DNA of 64,000 nt from an uncultured bacterium (GTDB lineage: Bacteria; Acidobacteriota; Thermoanaerobaculia; Multivoradales; JAHZIX01). This document shows positions 27,219 through 37,377 of this stretch, in pieces (position 1 is the first letter of the stretch; every line of letters starts with the position of its first letter). The stretch is taken from the NCBI GenBank assembly GCA_965368975.1, contig CBDUPA010000024.1:23689-87688 (forward strand). Reading direction: 5' to 3'. Under the pieces are notes generated by a model. That model did no database searches, was not told the origin of the DNA, and saw only the letters and a list, made by a program, of their open reading frames with translations. The translations under genes were made by a program, and so were the position numbers.

Positions 27219-29879
27219 ATGAGCACCACACGTCACTTGAGGGAATCTCCCTCCGAACCGCCGAACTCGGACCTGATCAGTGACGAGGTCAGCAGCTCGG
27301 GCTGGCCGGAGCGCCTGGGGGCGTACCGAGTGCAGCGGTTGCTCGGACGCGGCGGCATGGGGGAAGTGTACCTGGCTTGGGATCAGAGACTCGAGCGGCA
27401 CGTGGCGATCAAGAGGTTGCGGCCGGAGCGGGTGACGGATGCGCAGCGGGAGCGGTTCCGGCGCGAGGCGCGGGCGGCGGCGCAACTGCAGCATCCTTCG
27501 GTGGTGCAGGTGTTCGACATCCTGGAGCTCGACGAAGGCGACGGCATCGTCATGGAGTACGTGCCCGGGCGGACGGTGGCGGAGCTGGTGCGCCACGGAC
27601 CGCTGGCGATGCCGCTGGCGATGCGCTTGGCACAGCAGGTGGCGGAAGGCCTGGCGGCAGCGCATGCGCGCGGGCTGGTGCACCGCGATCTGAAGGCCGA
27701 GAACGTCATTCTCACCGAGTCGCTGGACGCCAAGATTCTCGACTTCGGCCTGGTCACGACGCGCGCGCCGACGGTCGCGGAAACCACCCTCACCGAACCG
27801 GGCGCGGTGCTGGGGACGGCGTCGGCGATGGCGCCGGAGCAGGCGCGCGGTGAGGCGACGGACGCGCGCACGGACTTGTTCGCGCTCGGCGTGCTGCTCT
27901 ACCGCATGCTGTGCGGCGCGGCGCCCTACGCGGGAGCCGACTCGGCCGATACGTTGCGCCGGCTGCGCGACGAGACGGCGATTCCGCTCTCCGAGCGGCG
28001 CTCCGAGGTGCCGGCACCGCTGGCGCGGCTGGTCGACCGGCTGTTGTCGAAGAATCCGGATCGGCGGCCGCAGAGCGGGCAAGAGGTGGCACAGTCACTG
28101 GCCGCCATGACTGGCAGTGCGGTGGTGCCGGAAGCCGACACGGGCGGCAGTACCTCGACCCTGCTGCTGCCCCCGGCGCGGCGCCGCCAGGTCCAGCACC
28201 AGGTGCGGCAACGTCGCCGTCGGTGGCTGCGCTGGATCGGCGTGGTACTGGCCGCTACGGTGGTACTGGCGGGGCTTTTCGCCTGGCTGCTGTCGTCGAG
28301 AGTGTCGCCCCCGCTGCGCGTCCTGGTGCTGGAGCCGGAGGTGACCGTGCGCGACGAGGTCGAGCGCCAGCGCCTGCAGGCGGTGGCCTCGGCCGTGCTG
28401 ACCGCGTCGCTGAGCGGTCTGGGTGGCCTGGACGGCGTTCAAGCGCTGGACCCGGCGCTGGCGGCTGAGGCGCAAACGCCTGTGTTGCAGGCGCGGGCGG
28501 CGGCGGCGGACGAGTTGCTCTACGCCGAGGTGGCGCCAGAGCCCTTCGGCGGTGGCGGGCGGGTGTCTCTGCGGCGCCTGGATGGGGCTACGGGTGCGGT
28601 TCTCTGGGCGGACAGCTTCGCGGTGCCGACCGATCGACTGGAGTTGCGCCTGACGGCGGACAGCGTTGCCGCCTACCTGCAGCGGGCCTGGCCGCATCAG
28701 CGGCCGCGCGAGGGCGTGCCGGTGCTCGACGTGCGACCGTTGGACTACGCGGCCTTTCTGGATCTACGCCGGCAGTTCGTCGCCGAGCGCCTGGTCGAGC
28801 CGTCGCAGCTCGACACCATCGAGACCATCCTCGAGAACTCGCCGCGTTTCTACAGCGGCTACCTCCTGGCGGTCACGATGCACTTGCAGCGTTTCACCTC
28901 CAGCCGCCGCGTCGAGCACTTGCAGCACGCCTCCGATCAGCTCGACCGCGCCGCCGAGCTGGCACCGGAGGCCCCGGAGGTGCTGTCCCTGCGCTTCGTC
29001 GTCCAGCGCCTGGGTGGCCAGCTCGAAGAAGCCGGCGCGACCCTCGACCGGCTGACCCGCCTGACGCCCGCCGATGTCAACCTGCTGTCGATGCGCGCTG
29101 ATCTGGCGCGTCAGCAGGGTGACACGGAGGTCGCGCTGACCTTCCTGCGCAAGGCGGTCGAGCGGGTGCCGTCCTGGGAACTGCGCTACCGACTGGCTTC
29201 CCTGGCGTCCAGAACCGGCGATCTGGCGACCGCGCGCGAACAGCTGCAGCACATCCTCGAACAGCAGCCGCAACACCCGCGGGCGCTGGCCCGCTTGGCC
29301 GACGCGGAGCTGCTCTACGGTGACGTGGGGGCCGCGGTCGAGCTCTACCAGCAACTGGTGGTAGCAGCACCGCGGCGCAGTCTGCTGACCAATCTGGGGC
29401 TGGCGCAGTACCTGCTGGGCCGCTACGACGACGCCGTCGACAGCTACCAGCAAGCCCTGGAACTGGATGCCGAACATCCGATCGTGCTGCTCAACCTGGC
29501 GGATGCCGAGACGGCCTTGGGGCACGCGGACGAGGCGCGGGAGATCTACCAGCGTCTGCTGCAGCGGCTCGATGCCGCGGGTACAGACTTGCCGTTGAAC
29601 TACCGCATGGTGCGGGCACAGTGCCTGGCCCACCTGGGGCAGGTGCAGTCGGCGCTGGAAGTCGTGCAGCGTACCTGGCAGCAGGATCAGGACAACCCGG
29701 ACCTGGCCTACCAGGCGGCCGTGGTCTATGCCGTTGCCGGTGAACGGGCGTCGGCGCTGCTGGCGGCGCGCCAGGCGATCGAGCGCGGACTGCAGCCGCG
29801 CTGGTTGCGCGTGCCGGTGTTCGACAAGCTGGCGGCGCAGCCCGGGTTCCAGGACTTGTTGGCCTCGCCAGCGCTCTAG
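27219..29879 (+). CDS. Membrane-anchored Hanks-type Ser/Thr kinase with extracytoplasmic TPR region
   Basis: GRGGMGEVY, VAIK, HRDLKAEN, DFG, APE, DLFALG; TM WIGVVLAATVVLAGLFAWLL; TPRs. Confidence 0.93.
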   Translation: MSTTRHLRESPSEPPNSDLISDEVSSSGWPERLGAYRVQRLLGRGGMGEVYLAWDQRLERHVAIKRLRPERVTDAQRERFRREARAAAQLQHPSVVQVFDILELDEGDGIVMEYVPGRTVAELVRHGPLAMPLAMRLAQQVAEGLAAAHARGLVHRDLKAENVILTESLDAKILDFGLVTTRAPTVAETTLTEPGAVLGTASAMAPEQARGEATDARTDLFALGVLLYRMLCGAAPYAGADSADTLRRLRDETAIPLSERRSEVPAPLARLVDRLLSKNPDRRPQSGQEVAQSLAAMTGSAVVPEADTGGSTSTLLLPPARRRQVQHQVRQRRRRWLRWIGVVLAATVVLAGLFAWLLSSRVSPPLRVLVLEPEVTVRDEVERQRLQAVASAVLTASLSGLGGLDGVQALDPALAAEAQTPVLQARAAAADELLYAEVAPEPFGGGGRVSLRRLDGATGAVLWADSFAVPTDRLELRLTADSVAAYLQRAWPHQRPREGVPVLDVRPLDYAAFLDLRRQFVAERLVEPSQLDTIETILENSPRFYSGYLLAVTMHLQRFTSSRRVEHLQHASDQLDRAAELAPEAPEVLSLRFVVQRLGGQLEEAGATLDRLTRLTPADVNLLSMRADLARQQGDTEVALTFLRKAVERVPSWELRYRLASLASRTGDLATAREQLQHILEQQPQHPRALARLADAELLYGDVGAAVELYQQLVVAAPRRSLLTNLGLAQYLLGRYDDAVDSYQQALELDAEHPIVLLNLADAETALGHADEAREIYQRLLQRLDAAGTDLPLNYRMVRAQCLAHLGQVQSALEVVQRTWQQDQDNPDLAYQAAVVYAVAGERASALLAARQAIERGLQPRWLRVPVFDKLAAQPGFQDLLASPAL

Positions 29880-29934
29880 GGCTCTCGCTCCAATCGGCTG
29901 CGGCAGCTTGCCGCCCTACGGGCGCCACGGGCGC

Positions 29935-30744
29935 CTACGGGCGGATCGAGGGCGAGATCGGGCCGACCAGTTCACCGTCGTTGTCGATCGCTGGGTCTTC
30001 GCTCGACAGTGCCATCAGGCCGTCGACGGTACGGATGCGCACCAGGTAGCCGAAGCTGCCACGTTGCCCGCTGTCACCGCTCAGCACGACCTGGGCCGGT
30101 ACGTCGAGGAAGGACGTCACGTTCTTGAACGGCCCCAGGATCGGCTGGTCTCCCGGGAAGGCCACCTCGGGGATCCAGCGCGCGTCTTGGCCGAAGAAGT
30201 CGGGCGCGATGTTGAACTCGAAGACGGCCGTGTCGCCCGGTTGAATCGACAGGTTTGGAGGGTCGAGCGCCAGGGTCAGTGGCAGTCGGATCGACTTGTT
30301 GCTGCCGCTACCGGCCAGCTCGGCGCGTACCGTGACCTTGATGCGCTTGCCGGCGGCGAATGTACCCATGCGGTTGGCGGGCGTCAGAGTGATGCGGCCT
30401 CGGTTGCTGCGCTTGACGGCGCGGATGCGCCAATCTTCGCTGCGCGGCACGAGGGCGGCGTGATAGTCGAAGCGCAAGGGTTTCTTCGGCGCGCAGGGGT
30501 CGAGGAAGTGTTCGAAGCCCTCGAGGATCACGGTACTTCCGGAGACGGAAATGCGCGTGAAGGTCCCGCTGGGGGACAGCACCGTAGGGGCGAATTGCTC
30601 GTTGTTCAGCAGAGCTTGGTCGAACTCCCAGATCAGGCTGTCGCCAGCACGGAACTGATTGATCACAGTGTTCGTGGGGATCTTCGGCGTACCGGGCTGG
30701 CTCCGGTCGTTTTCGACCTGGATCCGGAAGTACTGAGAACTCAT
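29935..30744 (-). CDS. Hypothetical protein with two similar beta-sandwich modules
   Basis: FRAGDSLIWEF and IQPGDTAVFEF modules, C-terminal EDPAIDND; GGAG 9 nt before ATG 30744. The upstream part of the long listed ORF overlaps the MTase gene and is not used. Confidence 0.6.
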   Translation of the reverse strand: MSSQYFRIQVENDRSQPGTPKIPTNTVINQFRAGDSLIWEFDQALLNNEQFAPTVLSPSGTFTRISVSGSTVILEGFEHFLDPCAPKKPLRFDYHAALVPRSEDWRIRAVKRSNRGRITLTPANRMGTFAAGKRIKVTVRAELAGSGSNKSIRLPLTLALDPPNLSIQPGDTAVFEFNIAPDFFGQDARWIPEVAFPGDQPILGPFKNVTSFLDVPAQVVLSGDSGQRGSFGYLVRIRTVDGLMALSSEDPAIDNDGELVGPISPSIRP

Positions 30745-30836
30745 GACGGTCATCTCCGTGAAGCGAGCGCGCCGAGGCGCTGCGGGAAAGAAATCGAGGA
30801 TGTGAAGAAGTCCAGTGTATCTCAGCGTGACGTCGG

Positions 30837-32063
30837 CTAGCTCCGTCCCACCAGCACGTACTCGCGCACTAGCGTGCGCTTGCGGTCGACGCCGGCGTGG
30901 TTGCCGAAGTGGTAGCGATGCGGCCGCTCGTGCACGTCGACGCGCGGCTTGTGACGCTGCAGCAGGTCGCACAGCACGTCGAGGTCGGGGAAGCCGTTGG
31001 AGGAGTAGGAGAGCACGACGGTGGCATCGCGGAACTGCGCGAACAGGCGCTCGAAGGCGTCGAGGGCGGTGCGCTTGGAACCGAATGGGGTGCGCCTCTT
31101 TTTGAGTTTCTTGACCCGGCTGGTGCTCAGGATTTCGGCGTCTGGTGCCCGCCACCAGGACATCAAGCCCTCGACGAAGTGGTAGCGCTTGATGTAGCAG
31201 TTGTCGTCGGCGCGTGGCACGTAGGGCGGGTCGAGGTAGACCAGGTCGATGTCCTCCAAGGTCTTGCCCAGCACTTCCGGTAGCGCGAAGACGTCGGCGC
31301 GCAGCGCTCGGTTGTCGCGGCCGTTGTCGAAGACCGCCCCCTGGAACACGTCCAGCGACTCCCGGAACAGCTGCGACAAGGGCAGGCGCAGATCGCGACG
31401 ACCGTCCTTGTAGCGCTCCGGGTCCCCAGCAACGGTGAACACGCCGCGCGGTTGACGCTTCATGCAGGCGCGGGCCAGCGCCGCGAGCACCAGGGCACGT
31501 GCGTGGTGGTGCTCGGCCGTCGTCTCCCAGGTGTCGATGCGAGCCCACACCGTGTCCAGGAAGCGCAGGTCGTCGAGAGTGAAGAAGATGCCGCCGAAGG
31601 TCTCTTCGATGAAGCGTCGAGGTGGCTGGTCGGGCCGCGCCGAGGGTGGCGTCAGCAACGCCTCGACCTGCGCCTCGTCGAGCCGGCGGTGCGAGTTCTC
31701 GACGGTGGCGCGCGCGATCTGGTGTCCCAGTTCCAGGGTGTCGGCGGCGTGGACCTGCTTGCCCATGCGCTTGAGCAAGTAGGGCACGCAGCCACTGCCG
31801 CAGAACGGGTCGAGTGCGCTGTCGAAGTCGAGATCGGCGAAGATCTCGTGCAGCCAGGTCAGCAGCCGATGCTTGCTGCCCATGTAGCGCAGGCGTGGAA
31901 AGCGACCGGCGTCGCGCAGGATGGCTGGCGAAGCGGAGTTGGATGCAGGTGGTGGATCGGCGGCGGGCGCTGGCGAGGACGTCACGCCGCCGATCCTAGC
32001 AGGGCGCTGGCTTGCTCGTGGCGCGAGCCTGTGGGGAATGCCGAGGACCGAAACAACACTCAT
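30837..32063 (-). CDS. DNA adenine N6-methyltransferase (D12/Dam-FokI-like, alpha class)
   Basis: RYMGSK, DPFCGSG (motif I), VYLDPPY (motif IV), LSYSS. The true start may be downstream of 32063. Confidence 0.9.
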   Translation of the reverse strand: MSVVSVLGIPHRLAPRASQRPARIGGVTSSPAPAADPPPASNSASPAILRDAGRFPRLRYMGSKHRLLTWLHEIFADLDFDSALDPFCGSGCVPYLLKRMGKQVHAADTLELGHQIARATVENSHRRLDEAQVEALLTPPSARPDQPPRRFIEETFGGIFFTLDDLRFLDTVWARIDTWETTAEHHHARALVLAALARACMKRQPRGVFTVAGDPERYKDGRRDLRLPLSQLFRESLDVFQGAVFDNGRDNRALRADVFALPEVLGKTLEDIDLVYLDPPYVPRADDNCYIKRYHFVEGLMSWWRAPDAEILSTSRVKKLKKRRTPFGSKRTALDAFERLFAQFRDATVVLSYSSNGFPDLDVLCDLLQRHKPRVDVHERPHRYHFGNHAGVDRKRTLVREYVLVGRS

Positions 32064-32196
32064 AGGACGGAAAGACCGCTGGATCCGTATGACTAGATAG
32101 ATTTCCCGTCCAGCTCACTTGCCTTCAACTTGCAGCATGGTGGAGTACCCAACCCGGCTCCGAGAGCCGTCACAATTTTCCCTCGGGAGACGAAGC

Positions 32197-35100
32197 ATGA
32201 AGCGAGCACTGCGATCCGCACTGCACAACCTGCTGCTGGTGGCACTGGCCCTGGTCCAGCCCTGGGATTCGATACCGTTGGCAGCACAAGAGCTGTCGAT
32301 TTCCGGCCGCATCCTGGACGACACCGGGCAACCCCTGGCGGCCGCGACGCTGGAGCTGGTGGCGGAACCGACGGCTTACGAGAGGTCGCAGTTGCTGGCC
32401 GAGGGGCGGGCGTATCCGGCACCGACGGTGCAGACGCGCAGTGCCGCGGACGGTCGTTTCCGCCTGGTCGCTCCGCAAGCCGGAATGTGGGTCGTGCTGG
32501 CCAAGGCGCCTGGACGGGGGACACAGGAGTTCGCGCTCCACCCGCTCGTACACTCGATGGCACTGCCGGACGTCGAGTTACAGCCGGTGACCTGGTTGGT
32601 GGTGCGTGGTTTGCCGGCGTCGGCCCGGGTCTTGGGGCAAGGCTGGATGCTGCGCGCCAATCCCTTCCAGTTGCAAGCCTGGGGGATGGCGACGCGTGTG
32701 GTGTCGGCGCCGCGGGCAGGTGGCCCGGTACAGGTGCCGGTCGACGCTGGTGAGCGGCTGCGCCTGGAGGCCTGGGCGCCTGGGTATTCGAGCGCCATGG
32801 TGGACGCGACGGGGCGCGATAGCTCCGTGACGCTGACCTTGCAGCCGCTGGGCGCGCGCTCCGTGGTGGTCAAGGATGCTCGGGGGCAGGTGGCCGCTGG
32901 TGTTGTGCTGCGGCTCGGGGAGGCTGGCTGGCCGGCCGCCGAAACCGATGCCGAGGGACGGTGCGCGCTGGCGCCACCGATGGGTGTCGAGAGCTTGTGG
33001 ATCGAGCTGCTGGCGCCCGATGGTCGCCGGGGACGCACCGCGCTGGAAGCGCCTCCTGACAATATGCCCCTGGAGCTCACCCTGCCGGCCTTGGTACGCA
33101 CTCGTGGCCGGGTACTGGTCAAAGACAGTCGCCAGCCGATCGCGGGAGCCTGGGTCTGGTATTCCGGGCGTGAAGCCGAAGTGGTGCGCACAGGGGCGGG
33201 GGGTACCTTCGACATGGAGACCGGAACCTTGTCACCCGGCACCGGGCGCGCGCAGAGTGTCCTGCAGGCCGCCGCGGCTGGGTACTTGAACTCCTTCGAT
33301 GGGGTGGCTCGCAGGGGCGGCCCGCGCACGGTCCAGATTGCCGACGATACGGAGTCCACCTTGACCCTGCTGCCGGCGGTGCAGGTGCACGGCAGGGTGG
33401 TCGATACTCAGGATCGCGGGCTCGCCGGTGTTCGTGTGAGTGCTCGGCCGGATCTGGTGCGGCGGCAGTTCCAGACACTGTCGGGGGACGGGGCGGTTAC
33501 CGATGCCCAGGGCCGATTCGTCCTGGCTGCCCTGGGTCCTGAGAGCGCTTACGAGATCAGCTTGCAGGCCGAGGGGTATGCGCGGATGTCGCAAACCCTG
33601 ACCACACTGCCCGCTGGCCAGGAGCAGCCGCGGCCGACCTTCACGCTGCAGCGTGGCCGTCGCATCTTCGGTTGGATTCTCGACGTCGAAGGGACGCCAA
33701 TCGCCGGTGCCGGCGTGGTCCTGGCCGAGAGCCAGCCGGCCATGCAGCGGACGTATCGCCGAAGTCTGCGCTTCCTGCAGGGGGCACCCGAGAAAGGACT
33801 GGAAGCCTTCACCGATGCCGAGGGCCGCTTCGAGTTCGTACACGTACCCGCCGGCACCTACGATCTGGAGGCCGACGCGGTCGGGTTTGTCGCCACGACG
33901 GTTCCGGGCTTGGAGGTCGCGCCGGGAACGGACGATCTGGACCTGGGAGACATCTATCTGGACCCGGGCGTGACGATCAGCGGCCGGGTGACCGATGCGC
34001 AGGGCCAGCCGCTGGCGGAAGTGTCCGTAACGGCCCGGCCGGTTGGGCAAGTGGGGGGCAGCCTGGTCAGAGATCTCATGCGGAGGCGACTCGGTGGCGA
34101 AGACGGTGGGATTCGCAGCGCCGTGGATGGTGTCTTCGAAGTGCCGGATCTGGCGCTCGGCAGCAAGGTGAATCTGCACTTCGATCGCGAGGGCTACCAA
34201 GGGGTGGAGATCCCCGGCGTCGAAGTGCCGCCGGCCCTGCCGGTCGAAGCCGTGATGCAGGCGTCGAGCCAGGTGCGTGGCCGCGTCGAGACCGAGCAGG
34301 GAGAGCCGGTGGAGCGAGCGCGGGTGATGCTGGTGACGCGTGGTAGGACCGATCGCTTCCGGGGACCGCTGTTCCATGTGACCGAGCTGGATGGAACCTT
34401 CATCCTCGATCAGGTGCCGCCGGGCACCTACCAATTCAACGTCGCTGGGGAGAGCTTCTTGCCCTACCAGGGAGCTGACGTCGAAGTGACGGCGGGCAGC
34501 GATGTCGAGGGCTTGGTAGCGGTGCTGCAGCCGGGTTCTGAGGTCGCTGGTCGCGTGCTCGATCCGCAGGGACGCCCCGTTGCCGGAGCCCTCGTCCAGC
34601 TGATGGTCGAGTCTGAGAGCAATCCCTTCGTGCGCGGCGTGATGAACACGGCGCAGGCCAGTACCGATGGCGATGGCCGCTACCGGTTGCAGGGCCTGCC
34701 ACCCGGTCGCCAATCGATCGAGGCGAGGCACGAGGCGTACCGCCGTGTGGTGGCCGATCTCGAGGTTCGAACGGGCACCAACGCGCTCGATCTGCACCTC
34801 GAGACCGGCTTCGAGATTCGAGGTCGCGCGGTCGATGCATTCGGCACCCCGCTGTCGGGCGTGGGCGTGCGGTCGTTCCCCACGGGGGGTGGCGATTTTC
34901 GCGAAACGGTAAGCGATCGTGCCGGTAGCTTCGTGCTCAGCGGTCTGCCCGAAGGCATGTTCCGGCTCAGTGCGGAACTCGAGGGCTACACGTCGGACGA
35001 GCGTTACACCCAAGTCCAGCTGGTGGGAGCGTCGGTCGATGGTGTCGAGCTCGTGCTGCGCCAGGGAGGCGCCATCGTCGGCACCATCAGCGGTCTCGAG

Positions 35101-36360
35101 TTCTTCGAGCTGTCCCAACTGCGCGTCAACGCCCGCCGTGCCCGTAGCAACGGTGGCGACGGCACGGTCAATCACCAGGGGGACTACCGCATCGACTCCC
35201 TGGCTCCCGGTACCTGGACAGTGGTCGCCTCTCTCGACGGACAGGGACGTACAGTGCAGGGAGACATTGAGCTGCCCGAAGGGGCGACCGAAGTGCGGCT
35301 CGACCTCGAGTTCACGCCGGGCTTCGAGGTGACGGGGATGGTCGTGCAGGGTGGGCAGCCGGTGACCGATGCCAGGGTCAACTTCGTGCCCAGCGGCGAA
35401 GGCGCCGAAGAGCGGATCGGCGCATCCGTATCCACCGACTACCAGGGCCGCTTCCGGCTCGAAGTATCGGCTCCCGGCACCTACACCGCCAGCATCCACC
35501 ACTTCGACAGCGGCATCCAGCACAACGAGGACGTCGAGGTGAGTCATGGCAGCGACCTGACCATCGAGCTGCCCACCAACCTCCTCGCAGGCCAGGTCCG
35601 CGACGCCAGCAGCCGCGAGCCGTTGGCCGACGCGCGGGTCGAGCTGCAGTCAGAGGGAGAACGGCGTTTGCCCGGTGGTCGCGTGACCACCGATGGCGAA
35701 GGCCGTTTCCGTTTCGAGGGCGTGGCCGCTGGAGACTGGACCGTCCGTGCCAGCAAGGACGGTTACGCCCCAGCTGAGCGGCGGGTGACTCTGGCGTCCG
35801 GGGACACCGTCGATGACGTGGTGCTCGACCTCAGCGCCACCGAGGGCCTGACCCTCGACGTCCTGCTGCCTTCCGGCGAAGCTGCCGATCAAGTCACGGT
35901 GGCGGTGGTCGACACCGGCAATCGCCCCAGCTTCACCGGCAACTACGGCACGGGTGAAGGAGGTCGCGTGCACGTCCCCTCGGCGCCGCCCGGGCAATGG
36001 GACGTCCTGGTCAGCGGCAATGGTGGTGCCACCGTGCGCATCAGTGCGAGTATTCCCGGTCCACCGATTGCCATCCGCCTGCCCTACGCCGGCAGCGTCG
36101 AGGTGATCGTGCCCGAACTCGACGGTGGCAGCGTGCAGCAACCGGTCAAGGCCGAGCTCGTGAGCGCTGACGGCCGTGCCCACGCCGCCGTCTACCGCTT
36201 CGGAGCACCGCGCTCCGCCTGGACGCTGCGCGGTAGCCAGGTGCGCATCGACTCCGTGCCCGTCGGGTCGTGGCGGGTCAACGTCACGGCCGCTGATGGC
36301 ACCAGCTGGAGCGGTAGTGTGACCGTCACCCCGGGGGGTGTCGCGCAGCTGGTGCTCTAG
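32197..36360 (+). CDS. Large secreted protein with tandem carboxypeptidase-regulatory-like (transthyretin-like) domains
   Basis: Signal peptide; about a dozen G-R-V-x-D-x-x-G-x-P...T-D-x-x-G-R-F...G-x-Y units. Confidence 0.88.
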   Translation: MKRALRSALHNLLLVALALVQPWDSIPLAAQELSISGRILDDTGQPLAAATLELVAEPTAYERSQLLAEGRAYPAPTVQTRSAADGRFRLVAPQAGMWVVLAKAPGRGTQEFALHPLVHSMALPDVELQPVTWLVVRGLPASARVLGQGWMLRANPFQLQAWGMATRVVSAPRAGGPVQVPVDAGERLRLEAWAPGYSSAMVDATGRDSSVTLTLQPLGARSVVVKDARGQVAAGVVLRLGEAGWPAAETDAEGRCALAPPMGVESLWIELLAPDGRRGRTALEAPPDNMPLELTLPALVRTRGRVLVKDSRQPIAGAWVWYSGREAEVVRTGAGGTFDMETGTLSPGTGRAQSVLQAAAAGYLNSFDGVARRGGPRTVQIADDTESTLTLLPAVQVHGRVVDTQDRGLAGVRVSARPDLVRRQFQTLSGDGAVTDAQGRFVLAALGPESAYEISLQAEGYARMSQTLTTLPAGQEQPRPTFTLQRGRRIFGWILDVEGTPIAGAGVVLAESQPAMQRTYRRSLRFLQGAPEKGLEAFTDAEGRFEFVHVPAGTYDLEADAVGFVATTVPGLEVAPGTDDLDLGDIYLDPGVTISGRVTDAQGQPLAEVSVTARPVGQVGGSLVRDLMRRRLGGEDGGIRSAVDGVFEVPDLALGSKVNLHFDREGYQGVEIPGVEVPPALPVEAVMQASSQVRGRVETEQGEPVERARVMLVTRGRTDRFRGPLFHVTELDGTFILDQVPPGTYQFNVAGESFLPYQGADVEVTAGSDVEGLVAVLQPGSEVAGRVLDPQGRPVAGALVQLMVESESNPFVRGVMNTAQASTDGDGRYRLQGLPPGRQSIEARHEAYRRVVADLEVRTGTNALDLHLETGFEIRGRAVDAFGTPLSGVGVRSFPTGGGDFRETVSDRAGSFVLSGLPEGMFRLSAELEGYTSDERYTQVQLVGASVDGVELVLRQGGAIVGTISGLEFFELSQLRVNARRARSNGGDGTVNHQGDYRIDSLAPGTWTVVASLDGQGRTVQGDIELPEGATEVRLDLEFTPGFEVTGMVVQGGQPVTDARVNFVPSGEGAEERIGASVSTDYQGRFRLEVSAPGTYTASIHHFDSGIQHNEDVEVSHGSDLTIELPTNLLAGQVRDASSREPLADARVELQSEGERRLPGGRVTTDGEGRFRFEGVAAGDWTVRASKDGYAPAERRVTLASGDTVDDVVLDLSATEGLTLDVLLPSGEAADQVTVAVVDTGNRPSFTGNYGTGEGGRVHVPSAPPGQWDVLVSGNGGATVRISASIPGPPIAIRLPYAGSVEVIVPELDGGSVQQPVKAELVSADGRAHAAVYRFGAPRSAWTLRGSQVRIDSVPVGSWRVNVTAADGTSWSGSVTVTPGGVAQLVL

Positions 36361-36833
36361 CTGGTCTGCGCGGGAGAGTCTGCCCCACGCTGGGATCTCA
36401 ACTGCTCGACCATCACCGCCGCATCGAACGTGACCGGGAGCTGCTTCTGCAGGCTACCGTCCGGGCGCAGCACGAAGAGACGGGGAAAGCCCGCCGCCTC
36501 GTGCTGCTCCAGGAAGGCCTCGCCCTCGTCGGACTCGTACTCCAGTCGCACGACTTTCCACCGCGCCAGCTCGCTGCGCACGTCGGCATCCGCGAACACG
36601 CTCTGGTCCAGCTTGCGGCAGCTCGGGCACCAGATCGCCGAGACGTTGACCAGGATCGGCGAGCCGTCCTGCAAGGCTGCGGCTTGGGCGGCGTCGAGGG
36701 ATAGGAATTCGAGTTCCGTCTCGGCCAACGCTTGACGGCCGAGGTAGCTCTGCACCTCGACGTTGACGAAGTACGCGGCCAGAACGACGACGGCGATGAT
36801 CGCGAGCTTGACGAGATTCGAACGCTGGAACAC
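36357..36833 (-). CDS. Membrane-anchored thioredoxin family protein
   Basis: N-terminal TM, WCPSC active site, GFP cis-Pro loop; GTG start after AGGAG. Confidence 0.85.
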   Translation of the reverse strand: MFQRSNLVKLAIIAVVVLAAYFVNVEVQSYLGRQALAETELEFLSLDAAQAAALQDGSPILVNVSAIWCPSCRKLDQSVFADADVRSELARWKVVRLEYESDEGEAFLEQHEAAGFPRLFVLRPDGSLQKQLPVTFDAAVMVEQLRSQRGADSPAQTS

Positions 36834-36876
36834 GGGGATCTCCTGACTGGATGTGACGTCGAGGGGCTGCGTGGAT

Positions 36877-37314
36877 TTAGCAGCGGTGGTGGTCCGGCGT
36901 CCAGGTACGGATGCGTTTCTTGATTTCGCCGCGATCCCGGATGCCTTCGTCGAGTACTTGCCGCACCAACTCCGGCAGCTCTTCGTCACTGGCGAAGCGT
37001 AGCGCCACCATCTGGCCCGGCGTCAGCTCGGCGATGCGCGGGCGCAGGTCGTCGGACACCAGGTCTTGCAGGCGTAGCCGCATCTCCAGGCGGATCAAGC
37101 GGTCCTGCACCTGGAGCGCGAAGACACGGGCGTAGAGCAGCGTGCCGAGCAAGACGAACGCCAACACCACCATCGCTGCGCTATGGATCGATGGCTGGCG
37201 GATCAACTCCCAGACGGCCAGGCCGAGGAGCAGCATGCCCAAGGGGAACAGGACGAAGTGGTAGGCGGGGACGAACTTGGCGTGTTGTGCCAGAGATTGT
37301 TTCTGTTCGGACAT
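36877..37314 (-). CDS. DUF6526-like membrane protein
   Basis: PAYHFV, two TM helices, QDRLIRLEMRLR, QMVALRFASDEEL, IKKRIRTWTPD. Confidence 0.75.
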   Translation of the reverse strand: MSEQKQSLAQHAKFVPAYHFVLFPLGMLLLGLAVWELIRQPSIHSAAMVVLAFVLLGTLLYARVFALQVQDRLIRLEMRLRLQDLVSDDLRPRIAELTPGQMVALRFASDEELPELVRQVLDEGIRDRGEIKKRIRTWTPDHHRC

Positions 37315-37377
37315 AGTGGCCTCCTGTCAAGTCCGTCCAGCCGGTGCTGGATCGGCACCTGTTGTTCTAGGCGGACG

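Noticed and set aside
30745-31548. N-terminal half of the 537-aa ORF 29935..31548
   Set aside because: Arg-rich off-frame read of the MTase gene; the RBS supports a start at 30744.
33232-35547. 771-aa minus-strand ORF
   Set aside because: Antisense shadow of the repeat-domain secreted protein.
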